Shown in pieces: positions 12,300 through 23,027 of a stretch of 45,940 nucleotides of DNA. The notes under the pieces were generated by a model that ran no database searches, had not been told where the DNA came from, and was given only the letters and a program-made list of their open reading frames with translations. The position numbers were made by a program, and so were the translations under genes. The first letter of the stretch is position 1. Each line of letters begins with the position of its first letter. The DNA is taken from positions 1 through 45,940 of the forward strand of contig JAUCBJ010001662.1 of the NCBI GenBank assembly GCA_032718475.1, given 5' to 3'. Origin of the DNA: Nemertoderma westbladi. Lineage: Eukaryota; Animalia; Xenacoelomorpha.

Positions 12300-15237
12300 A
12301 TACCAGTTCTTCTATGAGTATTTCTTTTAATGCTTTTGAAAAAGATTGTTTTGATTTTTTATTTATTATTTCTATGGGTAGTGAGTTCCAGATTATTGCC
12401 CCATGGTATTTTAAAGATTTTTGAGTTTGCTGTAGTCTGGTGCGATGTATGAAATAGTTACGGATAGACGTAGAACGTGTGATGTGGGAGTGAATGAGAC
12501 TTGTTGGTTTAAACTAAACAGCGATATAATGTAATCTTGTATTTTGTGGTTAATAACTTCCCACGTTATAGCGTTAATAACTTCCCACGTTATAGCGTTA
12601 ATAACTTCCCACGAGTGAATATATATATGGCAATGCGAATAATAATACAGAACTATTCCTAGATTGGGCAGCTGAAAACTGATTCTGTGTACCATCGACG
12701 TTCTTAAGTAAGAAATGTAGTAAACGCAGTTCATGGTTCCATGCAGCTACAAAGAGATGGTATATACAGGATAACTTCCTAGTATCGCAGGCCAATAGGA
12801 GTCTCGTGATTGATGCGGAATCATTAAACAATTGTTATCACATATCCGATCACAAACCAATAACACTACGAGTGCAGCTAAAATGGTTTAGACGAACACT
12901 ACCTAATACCAAACAACCTCCACTTGTAGAGTTAACTCAAGTAAAAGACCCTCAGCTATGTAAACAATTTGTTAGCAATTTCGCACGAGTAGAAATATCC
13001 GATCCATCCGATATTGATTGCGTGAACAACGAATTCTCTGATTGTATACTCAGCCTCTCTAAAGTATTCACACCTAGCAAATCTATGAACTCACGTAGAC
13101 CATGGCTATCCCCTGATTATTTCAATATTCACGAGAAAATCCGTGCTAAACAGACTCGAACCCGTCAACAGCGACGCCTCCTCCGACAAGCAGAACACAT
13201 CGCGCGTCGGGATAAACGCCGCTGGCTGGATGAACAGTCACAGATAGCTCGCGAGGCGATTAATAGGGGTGATCTGGGCGGTTTCCACCGCCAAAGAAGT
13301 CAACTAGCTCAGGGTCCTGCACCAGCCAATATCATCCATCCCTTAACAAATGATGGTAAACTCGTTGGTGATCTTAAGAAAATTGCTGAGCTACATGCTG
13401 AATACTTAGAAGGCAAGTTTACAGCTGAACCTGTCCCTGATCTTCTACTACCACCGGCACACACACCACAAGTTCCTGTAGATACATGACCTCCTAGGAC
13501 CGCAGAAGTCGAGGCAATCATAAAGTCACTCCCATCCGGTAAAGCCCCTGGTGAGGATAACATCACTAATGACCTACTAAAGGCAGGTGGATCCGCAGTA
13601 ATTCTGTGGTTATTAACACTGCTTAGCCTAATCCACTCAACTGGGAAGTTTCCATTGCATTGGGGGCGTACTATAATTACAGAAGCCAAAAAAGACTGGT
13701 TGATCCCTAAGTCGAACCGTCCAATAGCACTAATGTTAGCAGCATCCAAGATATGGGAGCGCTGGGTTATGTCTAGGATCCAGCCCTGGTATGAGTCCAT
13801 TCTCGATAACTGTCAAGTTGGCTTCCGTAAAGCACGGCAACTATCAGAACATGTGCTCTCAGTAAAACTCTTGGGTCAGCAGGCCCGTGCTGCGGGTGAG
13901 ACAATTTATGTTTCATATGTAGACCTAACTGGTGCCTACGATTTTGTACCCAGGGAACTAGTTTTTAGAATTCTGCTGCATGAGGGTCTTCCGTCAATTT
14001 ATGTAAATATGTTCTGTGCATTCTATGCCATAAACACATTTTGTGTACGCATTGCTGGGACCCTTAGTTCGTTCTATAGAACTGGGCGTGGGGTCTTACA
14101 AGGATCTGTGTGTAGCCCTTTGCTATTTAACATTTTCTTGAACTGCATTATTGCCGAGGTAGCTAGAAGATGTAAAGTTAAAGGAGTTTTTCGTCGTCGC
14201 TTTCGCTTTGCATTGCTGAGATGGCCCTCCATCGGCGCTGAGTTACTCCCTTTCTACATACGATGGCTGTTATACGCCGACGATATAGCGTTGCTGTGTG
14301 AAACAAAAGATGACTTAATAGAAGTACTAACGTGCCTAGATTCTGTGTTATCTGAATACCAAATGATATTGTCTGTTGACAAATCCGAATGGTCTGTATA
14401 TGGTCATAATGCAGAAACAATTGATAAGTCACCTATTACTATCCCTAGTGGAATAATTAAATTCGCTTCCCAGTTTCGCTACCTTGGATGCGAGCTACCA
14501 ACAAACTTAGATGACATGGCTGATGGAACTTCCCGCATTGCTAAGGCAAATCAGTCCTTTGGACAACATAGACAAATCCTATACAACCGATCACTGTTAT
14601 ACAAGCAGAGATACTACCTATTTCTATCACTTGTGATGCCGGTAGCCCTCCATGGTGCCGATACGCATACTCTGAGCCTTCTGAGAAAGTACCTTGTATT
14701 TGAGAATCGCTGTATGAGACGGATCCTGGGTGTCCGCCTCATAGATCGGGTACCTATTGCGACTCTTCGGCAGAGATGCGGTGTATCCCTGTCAATAGTT
14801 CAACGCATCAGGATACGGCGCATGAACCTAATAGGCCATGTGCTCAGACATGACATCCCCTGTCGAGATCTACTCTTCGCCCGGGCGAATGGTAATAAAC
14901 TAGGTAGACACCTCTGGTATATACGTGACGCCAGCAAGGATATGTCTGATACTATCGGGTCCCACAGTCAGTCACTCATAGACAATCGATCTAAATTCCG
15001 GTCTGCAGTACGGAACTGGGGAACTAAATTGGACTCAGAGGGGCAACGTTTCACCTGCCCCCATTGCAACAAAAAATATACTTCAGTATTATGGTTCAAC
15101 CGTCATTGTGCGAAGTGCAACTAGCTAGACCCTAACTCATTCGTGGGTGTGTAGGGAATATTATTATTATTATTAACTTCCCACGTAAGTTTGGCCGTTT
15201 CCAGTTCTTGCAGTTTTTCTATAGGTAAAGTAGAATG
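12300..15237 (-). mobile_element. Old L2/CR1-group LINE 3' end, split by the RTE insertion (pieces about 12300-12565 and 15174-15237)
   Basis: Removing the RTE joins ...LPIEKLQELETAKLTWEVINHKIQDYIISLF...YHGAIIWNSLPIEI, a typical CR1/L2 C-terminus. Confidence 0.65.
12614..15173 (+). mobile_element. 5'-truncated RTE-group LINE (end of APE endonuclease, RT, C-terminal zinc finger)
   Basis: WFH...SDH endonuclease end, GKAPGED, QVGFR, VDLTGAYD, GVLQGSVCSPLLF, LLYADD, FRYLG, CPHCNKKY...H...C. One in-frame TGA at 13487-13489. 3' hairpin at 15130-15156, (ATT)n tail, TSD TAACTTCCCACG (12602-12613 / 15174-15185). Confidence 0.92.
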
Positions 15238-15241
15238 TTAA

Positions 15242-15670
15242 GGGGGGGGGGTGGTGCCCCCACAGGAGAGTTTTTTTAAACAGCATTCAGCCAACGTGGG
15301 GAAGGCCAAAGCAAAGAGCAACAAAAATGGAAATTTTAAAATTTTTTGTGTCCCTCTAGCGGCGAGTCGCGGAATTAAATATTTCACTAAAAACACTAGT
15401 AGTCCCTTAATATTTATCCAATTTTTGTGAAACCAATTTTTTTGAACTCAGCACCTTTGTTTCTACAAAAAAGATCCAGCCGATTTTGTAAATTTTAAAT
15501 TTTGACCTAAATTAATTTAATTCATTAATTAAAATTAATTAAAATTTTCAATAATATTAAAAGAAGATGTTCAAAAAACCTTACAAACGAGCCATAAATT
15601 ATCGAATTTGGGTGAAAAACGATCTGAACAGAACTTAAACTTTAATGTAACAATTTTTCATGGAGATAAA
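15242..15670 (+). mobile_element. Kolobok-type non-autonomous element, left part
   Basis: TTAA (15238-15241) followed by a poly-G terminus. Internal sequence similar to 30162-30650 (CTAGCGGC...GCGGAATTAAA.ATTTCACTAAAA...AGTCCC). Right end not found. Confidence 0.55.
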
Positions 15671-16577
15671 AATATATAAATAGCACATAATATTGGGTTA
15701 TTTATAAGGTAGATAGATATACTTGAAAATGCAAATGTTGCCCCAATTTCCAGCGAACTTTGTTTCTATTTTTGCGAACTATATTCCAATTTTAGCCATC
15801 CAGAGATTTGGTGACCTCAGCAGTTAGAGCCCAGCATGGACTCCCATGGATTCCAAAGACACCAACATGTGAGGTCTTATTTTCGGGTGCTACACCCAAT
15901 GAAGTACGATTCGCGTACTTCATTGGACTGGACATAACAGTAGGATGACTTTCTATAGGGGGGAGGACTTTAGACGCAATTTATTCAATTTCATGTCTCT
16001 TGTGATTGGTCCTTTAAGTAGAATATAGAATATTTACCCTATTTGGCCAGGGGGGGGGGGGGTTGTGTGACATGAAAAGTATACAAGTACAGTAGCACAT
16101 ATTTGATAATCGCATAAAGCATTAAGAAATCAACCTGATTTTATGGCCTTATGGGCTTTCCATGTAGCTGAATTCGTATGTGACACTCAACAACCATTCG
16201 TCTAGAAAATATTTCCATCATGTACGTTTGCCATCCTTGAAAACCTTTATAGGTCGCAAATGAGGGCTGACTGGTGAGTTTAAAGATTCTGGATTATTGA
16301 AACTTTTTGGGTACCATTGGTTTTAATGAAATATTTCGAAAACTGAGAAAGGTATTACAAAACCGATTGCATATTAGAAATCCCCATAAATTTTCAGATA
16401 ATTTATAAAAATTTATTGTCTTTATACAAATATATATACTGCCACGACAACGCAGAAAAATCGACCCAGTAATTTTTTGGCCTTGCTGCCATTTGGCAGG
16501 CCGTATTTAAGTAGGCCATGAAGTAGCCAAGTAGTGAAGAAGACCCCTAGATCCCTTCCTATAATAAATATATAATA

Positions 16578-17075
16578 ACACGAAGTGGGGACTTCGCGCA
16601 GCACGAAGTTGGCAGAGCCTTAGCGAATTGACACTGTTAGGGGGTAGGTCAATTTATGCAAATAGTCACGTTGGCCCTCTAGCGGCAGACTGGAGAACTG
16701 CAGATGGATTCGCCTCCTTTGAAAGTCACAGCTAATGGTCTAATACATATCTGCCAAGTTTCAGCTTAAACGGATTAAAAGCAAAGAAATGGGAGGGCAT
16801 TTAATGTTTAGACATGTGGCCCTCTAGCGGGAGACCATTGCACTGATGGTGTCTGAAAGTCTCTCAAAAATCTCAACATTTGCTCATATTGATACCTACA
16901 AATTTTCAACTTGGCAGCTTTAAATCCGACAAAGTTATTAGCATGTCAAAATCGTAACAACGACGACGACGACAACGACGACGACGACGACGACGACAAC
17001 TATTTGCATAAATTGACCCACCCCCTAACAGTGTCAATTCGCTAAGGCTCCGCCAACTTCGTGGCTCGCCCCACA
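16578..17075. mobile_element. Non-autonomous element with 65-bp subterminal inverted repeats and a (GAC)n microsatellite, possibly Helentron/HINE-like
   Basis: 16602-16666 is inverted at 16999-17063; (GAC/AAC)n at about 16957-16999. The family assignment is inferred from architecture only. Confidence 0.55.
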
Positions 17076-17271
17076 AACACCTCGAAAAATACAGCTTGCC
17101 AACACACTGTTACTATGAATAATGATGTAGCACAGACTGATATTAATTTGATAGTTACTACGATAAAATAATTTTAATAAGTTGTTGGATGTGGCTTTTG
17201 AGTAACATAGAATTGTCCCCAACTTGTATTTCATTACATTATTATTTCATTTGCATTTCATCAACAATTTT

Positions 17272-17420
17272 GACGCCCCGCATTGTAATATTATTAAACG
17301 CCGGGGCGTTTATTCGGGGAAGGCGTTGAAGTTGCTAATTTGATGGTAAGGGGGGGGGGGCTAATTCGATGGGGCGTTTATTCGAGGAGGGGGGGGGGCT
17401 CTTCTTCGAGTAAATACGGG
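17272..17420 (-). mobile_element. Remnant of a Tc1/pogo-like MITE
   Basis: Minus strand CCGTATTTACTCGAA followed by repeated CGAATAAACGCCCC motifs. Confidence 0.4.
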
Positions 17421-18569
17421 GTACTCATTATAGCCTACTCACATATTCTTTACCAGTCATGATCAGGCCTCATTATTTTTGAGAAATCGCAAATTTATCA
17501 AAAATAAGCTATTTTGGAGATATTTTTCATTTTATTTTTGCTATTTTTGCGATGTTGTCTAAATCATCCTGTAATGATACGTATTGTTGTAAATATTGAA
17601 ACATATTTGTTTTGAGTGAAACCGACACTTAGTACAGTGTTTAACAAACTATTGAAACTTGTTTGTTACATACTGTATGTAGTCCTATAGTATTTTATCT
17701 AATTAATTAGGTATACAGGATGTCTTTGATAGCCTTTGACTGACACTTATTAACGTTACTATCATCAGTACTCTCTTTTGTACTGCCTTTATTGCCTTCA
17801 GTGTCATTTTTGGACATGCTAAAGTAATGTTAATAAAATCGATCTTATCTTATCTTATCTTATCTTACTAGAACTGCAGTACACAGTAGTTATTTCTATA
17901 AGTAAATCACAATTTCACATTAGTTAGACTAACTCACTGATATGTATGTATCGCAGTATCATATAGTATGCGGACAACCTTAGATGCCTACCGGCTACCA
18001 GACCACCACAGGTAACACTACCGTAGCCTATACTGTGAAAATGAAAGTTATTATTAAAATAGGCCTACAGTCTAGTACGCCTTGCCTACAGTATACTGTA
18101 GGGTTGTATAGAGGCCCATTTTCTATCTCTATCGCAAGTATTTTTTTTTTAAACTTTAATATGACCAATTTATGTTAATTTAAGTTTATGTAAATAAGTA
18201 TAACTACTGCATGCAAGTATTAGTGGCCGGTAAAATAAACATTTTGAAAATTTTTGATATTTGAAAAAGTTTTCCGTGTGTACTGTGTATCCCATTCCAT
18301 CTGCAATAGGTATTAAATTTTGAACTCTTTCCAGCTGGTTGAAATTGCAGTTTTGATAATTGAAATTTTTAGATTATTATATAAAGAAATGTGCCTCAAA
18401 ACCTTTAAATTCAACAAAAAAAGTATCTGTTATTTTTGAGATTTTTCCAATTTTAAATTTGCTACTTTTGATGATTTGACAAAACAGTCAAAAATAATTT
18501 GGCCTGGTCATGATTGATGCAAAGAGCATTAATAACAACCGGGACAGGATCCGTGACATATTTTGCTTT

Positions 18570-18775
18570 ATAATGACTTGTGAGGGTTCTGAATCTGATG
18601 CAAAAATAAAACGGCACTTGACATAACTTGTATTTTTTGGCGGAGGGTGCAGAAATTGGTGCTTGTACCAAAATTTTAATCCATAAATAAGACTTCCAAA
18701 GAATTGGAGCTTTTAAAATATTTCCGCTTATATAATCAGCGCCCCAGAAAACCTAAAAATGTGAATTTAGAGCAC
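18570..18775 (-). repeat. Dispersed inverted relative of the element at 1-1504
   Basis: The reverse complement resembles 376-410 (AAATTCACATTTT.AGGTTTTC.GGGCGCTGATT) and the 163-bp unit. Confidence 0.55.
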
Positions 18776-18829
18776 ACTAATTAATTTATTATTATTTCCG
18801 GTAGGTAATAGGTAGTATTTCAAGGTCTA

Positions 18830-18900
18830 CCGAGTCGCTAGCGGAATCGTTAGAGCGCCACACTGGCGGTCACCAGTTCGACCCCATCTAGAGGTCATTA
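18830..18900 (+). mobile_element. Possible degraded tRNA-derived SINE head
   Basis: A-box-like TAGCGGAATCG and B-box-like AGTTCGACCC at short spacing; no intact cloverleaf. Confidence 0.3.
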
Positions 18901-20861
18901 CCGACTTTGCTAAGCTGTGCACAACGAAAGTTACTACAGTTATTCATTAATTAATCAATAATTATTGCTGTTCAATCTATTCAAGGAAATTCGTTGAGAC
19001 ATAATTATCAGATTCTGCATTTTTAAACTTCTGTTTCTCGCTAAGTTCCTTTGTTTCGGCCTATATGCTATATTATTTTTTTTTAGAAAGATAACTCTTT
19101 AATTAGGGCCATTATGTCAATTATTTTCTTAAAAATAACTCAAAAATATCCCTAGTGTTATAAAATGCTATGGCTACTAAATTTCAAATTTTTTAATATC
19201 TATAGTAAACAAGTTTTTGAAATATAAATTAAACTTATATTTGTATTTTAGATAGATGATTTAGTTATTATGGTCCATTTTGCATATCATTGCGGTGAAT
19301 CAACCTGTTATTTCTATTTGCAAGTAAAGTTATTGTTGTTAAGGGTTGCTAAGTGATCTACATTAAATTTAGAGTACTTTTATTAGTATTTTAAATAGAA
19401 GTTGACAACTACCTGTTAATTGCTTTAGGCCTGGCAGCTGTTATATAAACCACGCCATATGAGTGGAGCGTTTTCTGTGTGCTGGTCCAATGAGGAGCGA
19501 GCAGCAATGCCCACTAAGCATTACCCGTAGTAATACATTGCAGCTAACCTCAGCTCAATATATTAGTTTTGGGGCCCAAATCCCATTATTATCTCAACTC
19601 AATTCTAACTTGATTCTTCCTTAGTTAATTTCTTGTCATTTATATTAGTTTTGAATTTGAGCAATATGTTTTGCGTATATTAGTATAGAAATTGTCCTTG
19701 TAATAATATGTCCTAAAATATATTATATTTGAAAGTCGGTTTAATGTTTTAATGGATTAATGTTTTGGAAACGCTACAGCTTACAGCGGCCTTGTTGGGG
19801 CGTATAGGGTAATTAGGCGAAGGGATGAGACGCCTCAACGCACATTGGAAATAGTCAAGGGAAGTATGGGGCTTATTTTGGGCTAACAGATCGGTTTTGG
19901 GGGGCTAAATGGGTTTCAATACGTCCTAAAGATATAGTACTGCTTCATAGGTAACAGTATAATAAATTGGGAAGGAATGAATAAATTCAGTTGTATTTCC
20001 CGTTTTGAACCTGACTTGTTTGTAAATAAATTATATACCGCAAGTCAATCGGAGATTAAACTAAATTGGGGGGATACGCGAGTAAAAATAGGTCTTGCTT
20101 GTGTACGTTTTCGGGGCAAATGTTTTGGGTTAGTTAGGTATCATCCTTCATTGGTCCATTTAGAAAACTACGGGATATTTGTAATATGTGCCAAGTTTAG
20201 CCATTGGGCATAACCTATAGATAAGAAAATTGTCCTTAGATAATTTGTACTATTCTAGAACGAGAGTGTAGTGTTACAGTACAGATCAGTCATTCTAGAA
20301 CTGTAAAATCGGTTTTCTAAGGAGGGATGGAATCCTGGTGAGTCTCAAACATTTCTGGCCTATTTTAAATTTAGGTTTATATTTTAATGCGGTAACAATC
20401 TGTAGTCAGGATTTTTTGGCTTATAAATCAAATATATATTTCGCATCTACACTTACTGTAAATTATAAAGGTGATAGTAACAGGTGCTATTACATTGAAG
20501 TCCTGGACCAGCGTTTTCCTTTGCTTGCGATAGATAATTAGTTTTCCCTGGCGGGGGAGTTTTTATTTCGAAATAAATTATATATTTTGCTGGAGGAATT
20601 TGAGATCGAAATTTTAGTTTATACTAAGATTGTGGATCGAAGATTCGTTGGATATTATTTGGTTCCTACGAATTCTACTGTACAAGTGTCCTATCAACAA
20701 CTTGGTTTGATGTGAGTGACTTTCGGACTAAACTGAAATTAGAAATTCTACACCCCAAATGTTGACGACCCCCTCCCTCCTCTAGCACATGCACCTCTAG
20801 CAGTAATTTCTTTCACAATTTATTTATTCGAATTCATTTAGAAACTGGATCATAAACTCAC

Positions 20862-21572
20862 CATTTTCCTGTTCAAAAGCCAGACCCTCCTCATAAATGT
20901 CATTCAGATGTGTCAGAGTATAATAACAGCCGTAATATCGGACATGGGCGACATGCCCGAGCTGTTTTCTTGAATCCTTCTCATCAAATCCTATGTTGAA
21001 ATTGCTGGTCCTATCTGGAGGACATCTGCCAGTAAAATGAGAATCAAACAGTTTCGTTGTTACTACATTTGTCCCTACAATTCGACTATAAAGAAGTGTT
21101 TTTCCAGTCGCAGCATTGACCCCCACTGCAATCATGTACCACGTGCCAGTAGTGAGTGCATTATCTGCTGTCATTGATTGCGCGCCACCACAGCTGTACC
21201 ATAGGGAAGTCGGTTGAAGATAGTTCCATAAATGTGTACCTCTTTCGTTCTGACCACCATAACCTAATATAGGGCCAGCTTGGTTGCCTGGCTTAAAAAA
21301 TGCAACTATGGTGAAGGTGTTGTCCATTAACTGGTTAGCCGCATGTGGGAATGAAATGTATCCATTGGCAAATTCCATGGCTTGATTAACGATGCCACTT
21401 GGTCCAGGGACATATCTTACAGTGCCCTTTACGTTGTTAGTGTTTCCTGGGTGGTTATCATCTTGCGATTGGTAGGAAAGTGGTTTAGCAATTTCCAGTA
21501 TGTCATTTCCGACATAGTTGTTGTTCAATGGCCACCATGATCCATGGGGCACATAGTTTACACTACATGGAT
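20862..21572 (-). CDS. Host-gene exon encoding a LamG/concanavalin-A-like domain, paralogous to 11089-11781
   Basis: ttattatttcag|ATCCATGT...AAAATG|gtgagt; 711 nt, phase 1-1; WWPLN...GTVRY..GPSG..NQA..F.NGYI...FTIVAF...WYMIAV...GHVAHVRYY. Confidence 0.88.
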
Positions 21573-21586
21573 CTGAAATAATAAAA

Positions 21587-21976
21587 AATATGATATAAAA
21601 AGTTGAGTCGAAATTGTAGCTTTTTGCGATTGGGATAAAAGTGGTTTAGCAATTTCCAATATACCATTTCCGACATAGTTGTTGTTCAATGACCACCATG
21701 ATCCATGGGGCACATAGTTTACACAACATGGATGGTGGGGGGGGGGGGGGGGGGGGGGGACTGGACGCAATACAAATTCATCCCTCTCAAAGGGAAATTC
21801 GACGCAAATGACAGCTGATTATTCTCAAAAATAAAACTGTAACCTGTTTTATTGTGCTTAGTTTATTTTTTTTGGTTCAAATAACGTGCCACTTTAACCT
21901 GCTCCTTCCCTAAATTGAGAATTTAACATTGAGGCGGGATATTAATTCGCCAAGGCCGGATTTGCGTCCAGTTTCC

Positions 21977-22013
<37 letters not shown>

Positions 22014-22125
22014 TTTCTTTAAATATGATATCAAAAGTTGCGTCGAAATTGTAGTTCTTTGCGATTGCGAGAAAAGTGGTTTAGCAATTTCCAATATGTC
22101 ATTTCCGGCACGAGTTGTTATTCAA
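21587..22125 (-). repeat. Two extra partial copies of the exon's 5' end plus intron sequence (21587-21733 and 22021-22125)
   Basis: TTGCGATTG...AAAGTGGTTTAGCAATTTCCA...CATTTCCG...AGTTGTT occurs near 21463 (exon), 21624 and 22059. Confidence 0.85.
21737..22013. mobile_element. Small MITE with poly-G/poly-C termini
   Basis: Inverted ends (G)nACTGGACGCAA ... TTGCGTCCAGTTTCCT(C)n. Confidence 0.55.
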
Positions 22126-22376
22126 TCAATCTGCGACACGCCGACTTTAGGGCATTCATCATTACAATTATTAAACTGGATAAGTACTGTTTTATTTGCC
22201 CCGGTGAACTTACGTTGAAAAAAGGTTTACAGTTTTAATCGATTAATTTCTGCCTTCTAGGGCCATCATCACGATAAATAATTACGGTTACTTTATTTAC
22301 ATGTTACGTAGACAGGCAGTTACAATATAAAATTAATGTACAAAGTTCATACCTACACCTAAGATGCACTGACGGG

Positions 22377-22620
22377 TGTCGTAAATATTGTACTATTACG
22401 AGTTCAAACTGATAGTATGATCTAAGTTCCCTTACTTTTTCTTGTTACTTAGTATTTCGGTGTTGGGTGATGTATTGATGTATGCAGTGATATACTGCTG
22501 TATTGAGCTGTGTACCTGGTACCGGTCTCATGTAAACCTTTTGTACTTATTATATATATTATATAGCAATAATATGAGAACTGCAACTGCGACCATTCTG
22601 CCATTATGGATATTTTAACA
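22377..22620 (+). repeat. 5' LTR
   Basis: Identical by eye to 29109-29352. Confidence 0.97.
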
Positions 22621-22638
22621 TGGTAGCAGAGCGTGGTT
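22621..22638 (+). promoter_or_regulatory. Primer-binding site, probably initiator tRNA-Met
   Basis: TGGTAGCAGAGCGTGGTT immediately follows the LTR and is complementary to the ...CTCTGCTACCA 3' end of animal tRNAiMet. Confidence 0.8.
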
Positions 22639-23027
22639 AGTGTTTTCATTCCAAAATTAGATGCGACTCCAGGACTCTCCATAATGGCAAGAAATCCGAA
22701 TATTGCTAATACGCTGACAGCCAAGATCGATACTGCTGTACTGGTAGGCAGACGATAACCAGCTGGGATGATGACCGGCCGACCAGTCCACGCAGTGCCT
22801 GGTAATTAATAAACTGAACCGAATACTGGAATACGATACTAGCATACCGGTCTGACGGTACCTGGGTACTGCTGAATAATCTGATATTTGCGAACCGGTA
22901 CCGGTACTGACTGCGATACCGATACCGGCAACCGATATACTGAATTCAGATTTTTTGCGGTACTTTTTTCTGGTTAGGCTGTTAGGCCTGTATGGTAGGC
23001 CTAAGGGCTGTGCTGCTGTGAGTTACA

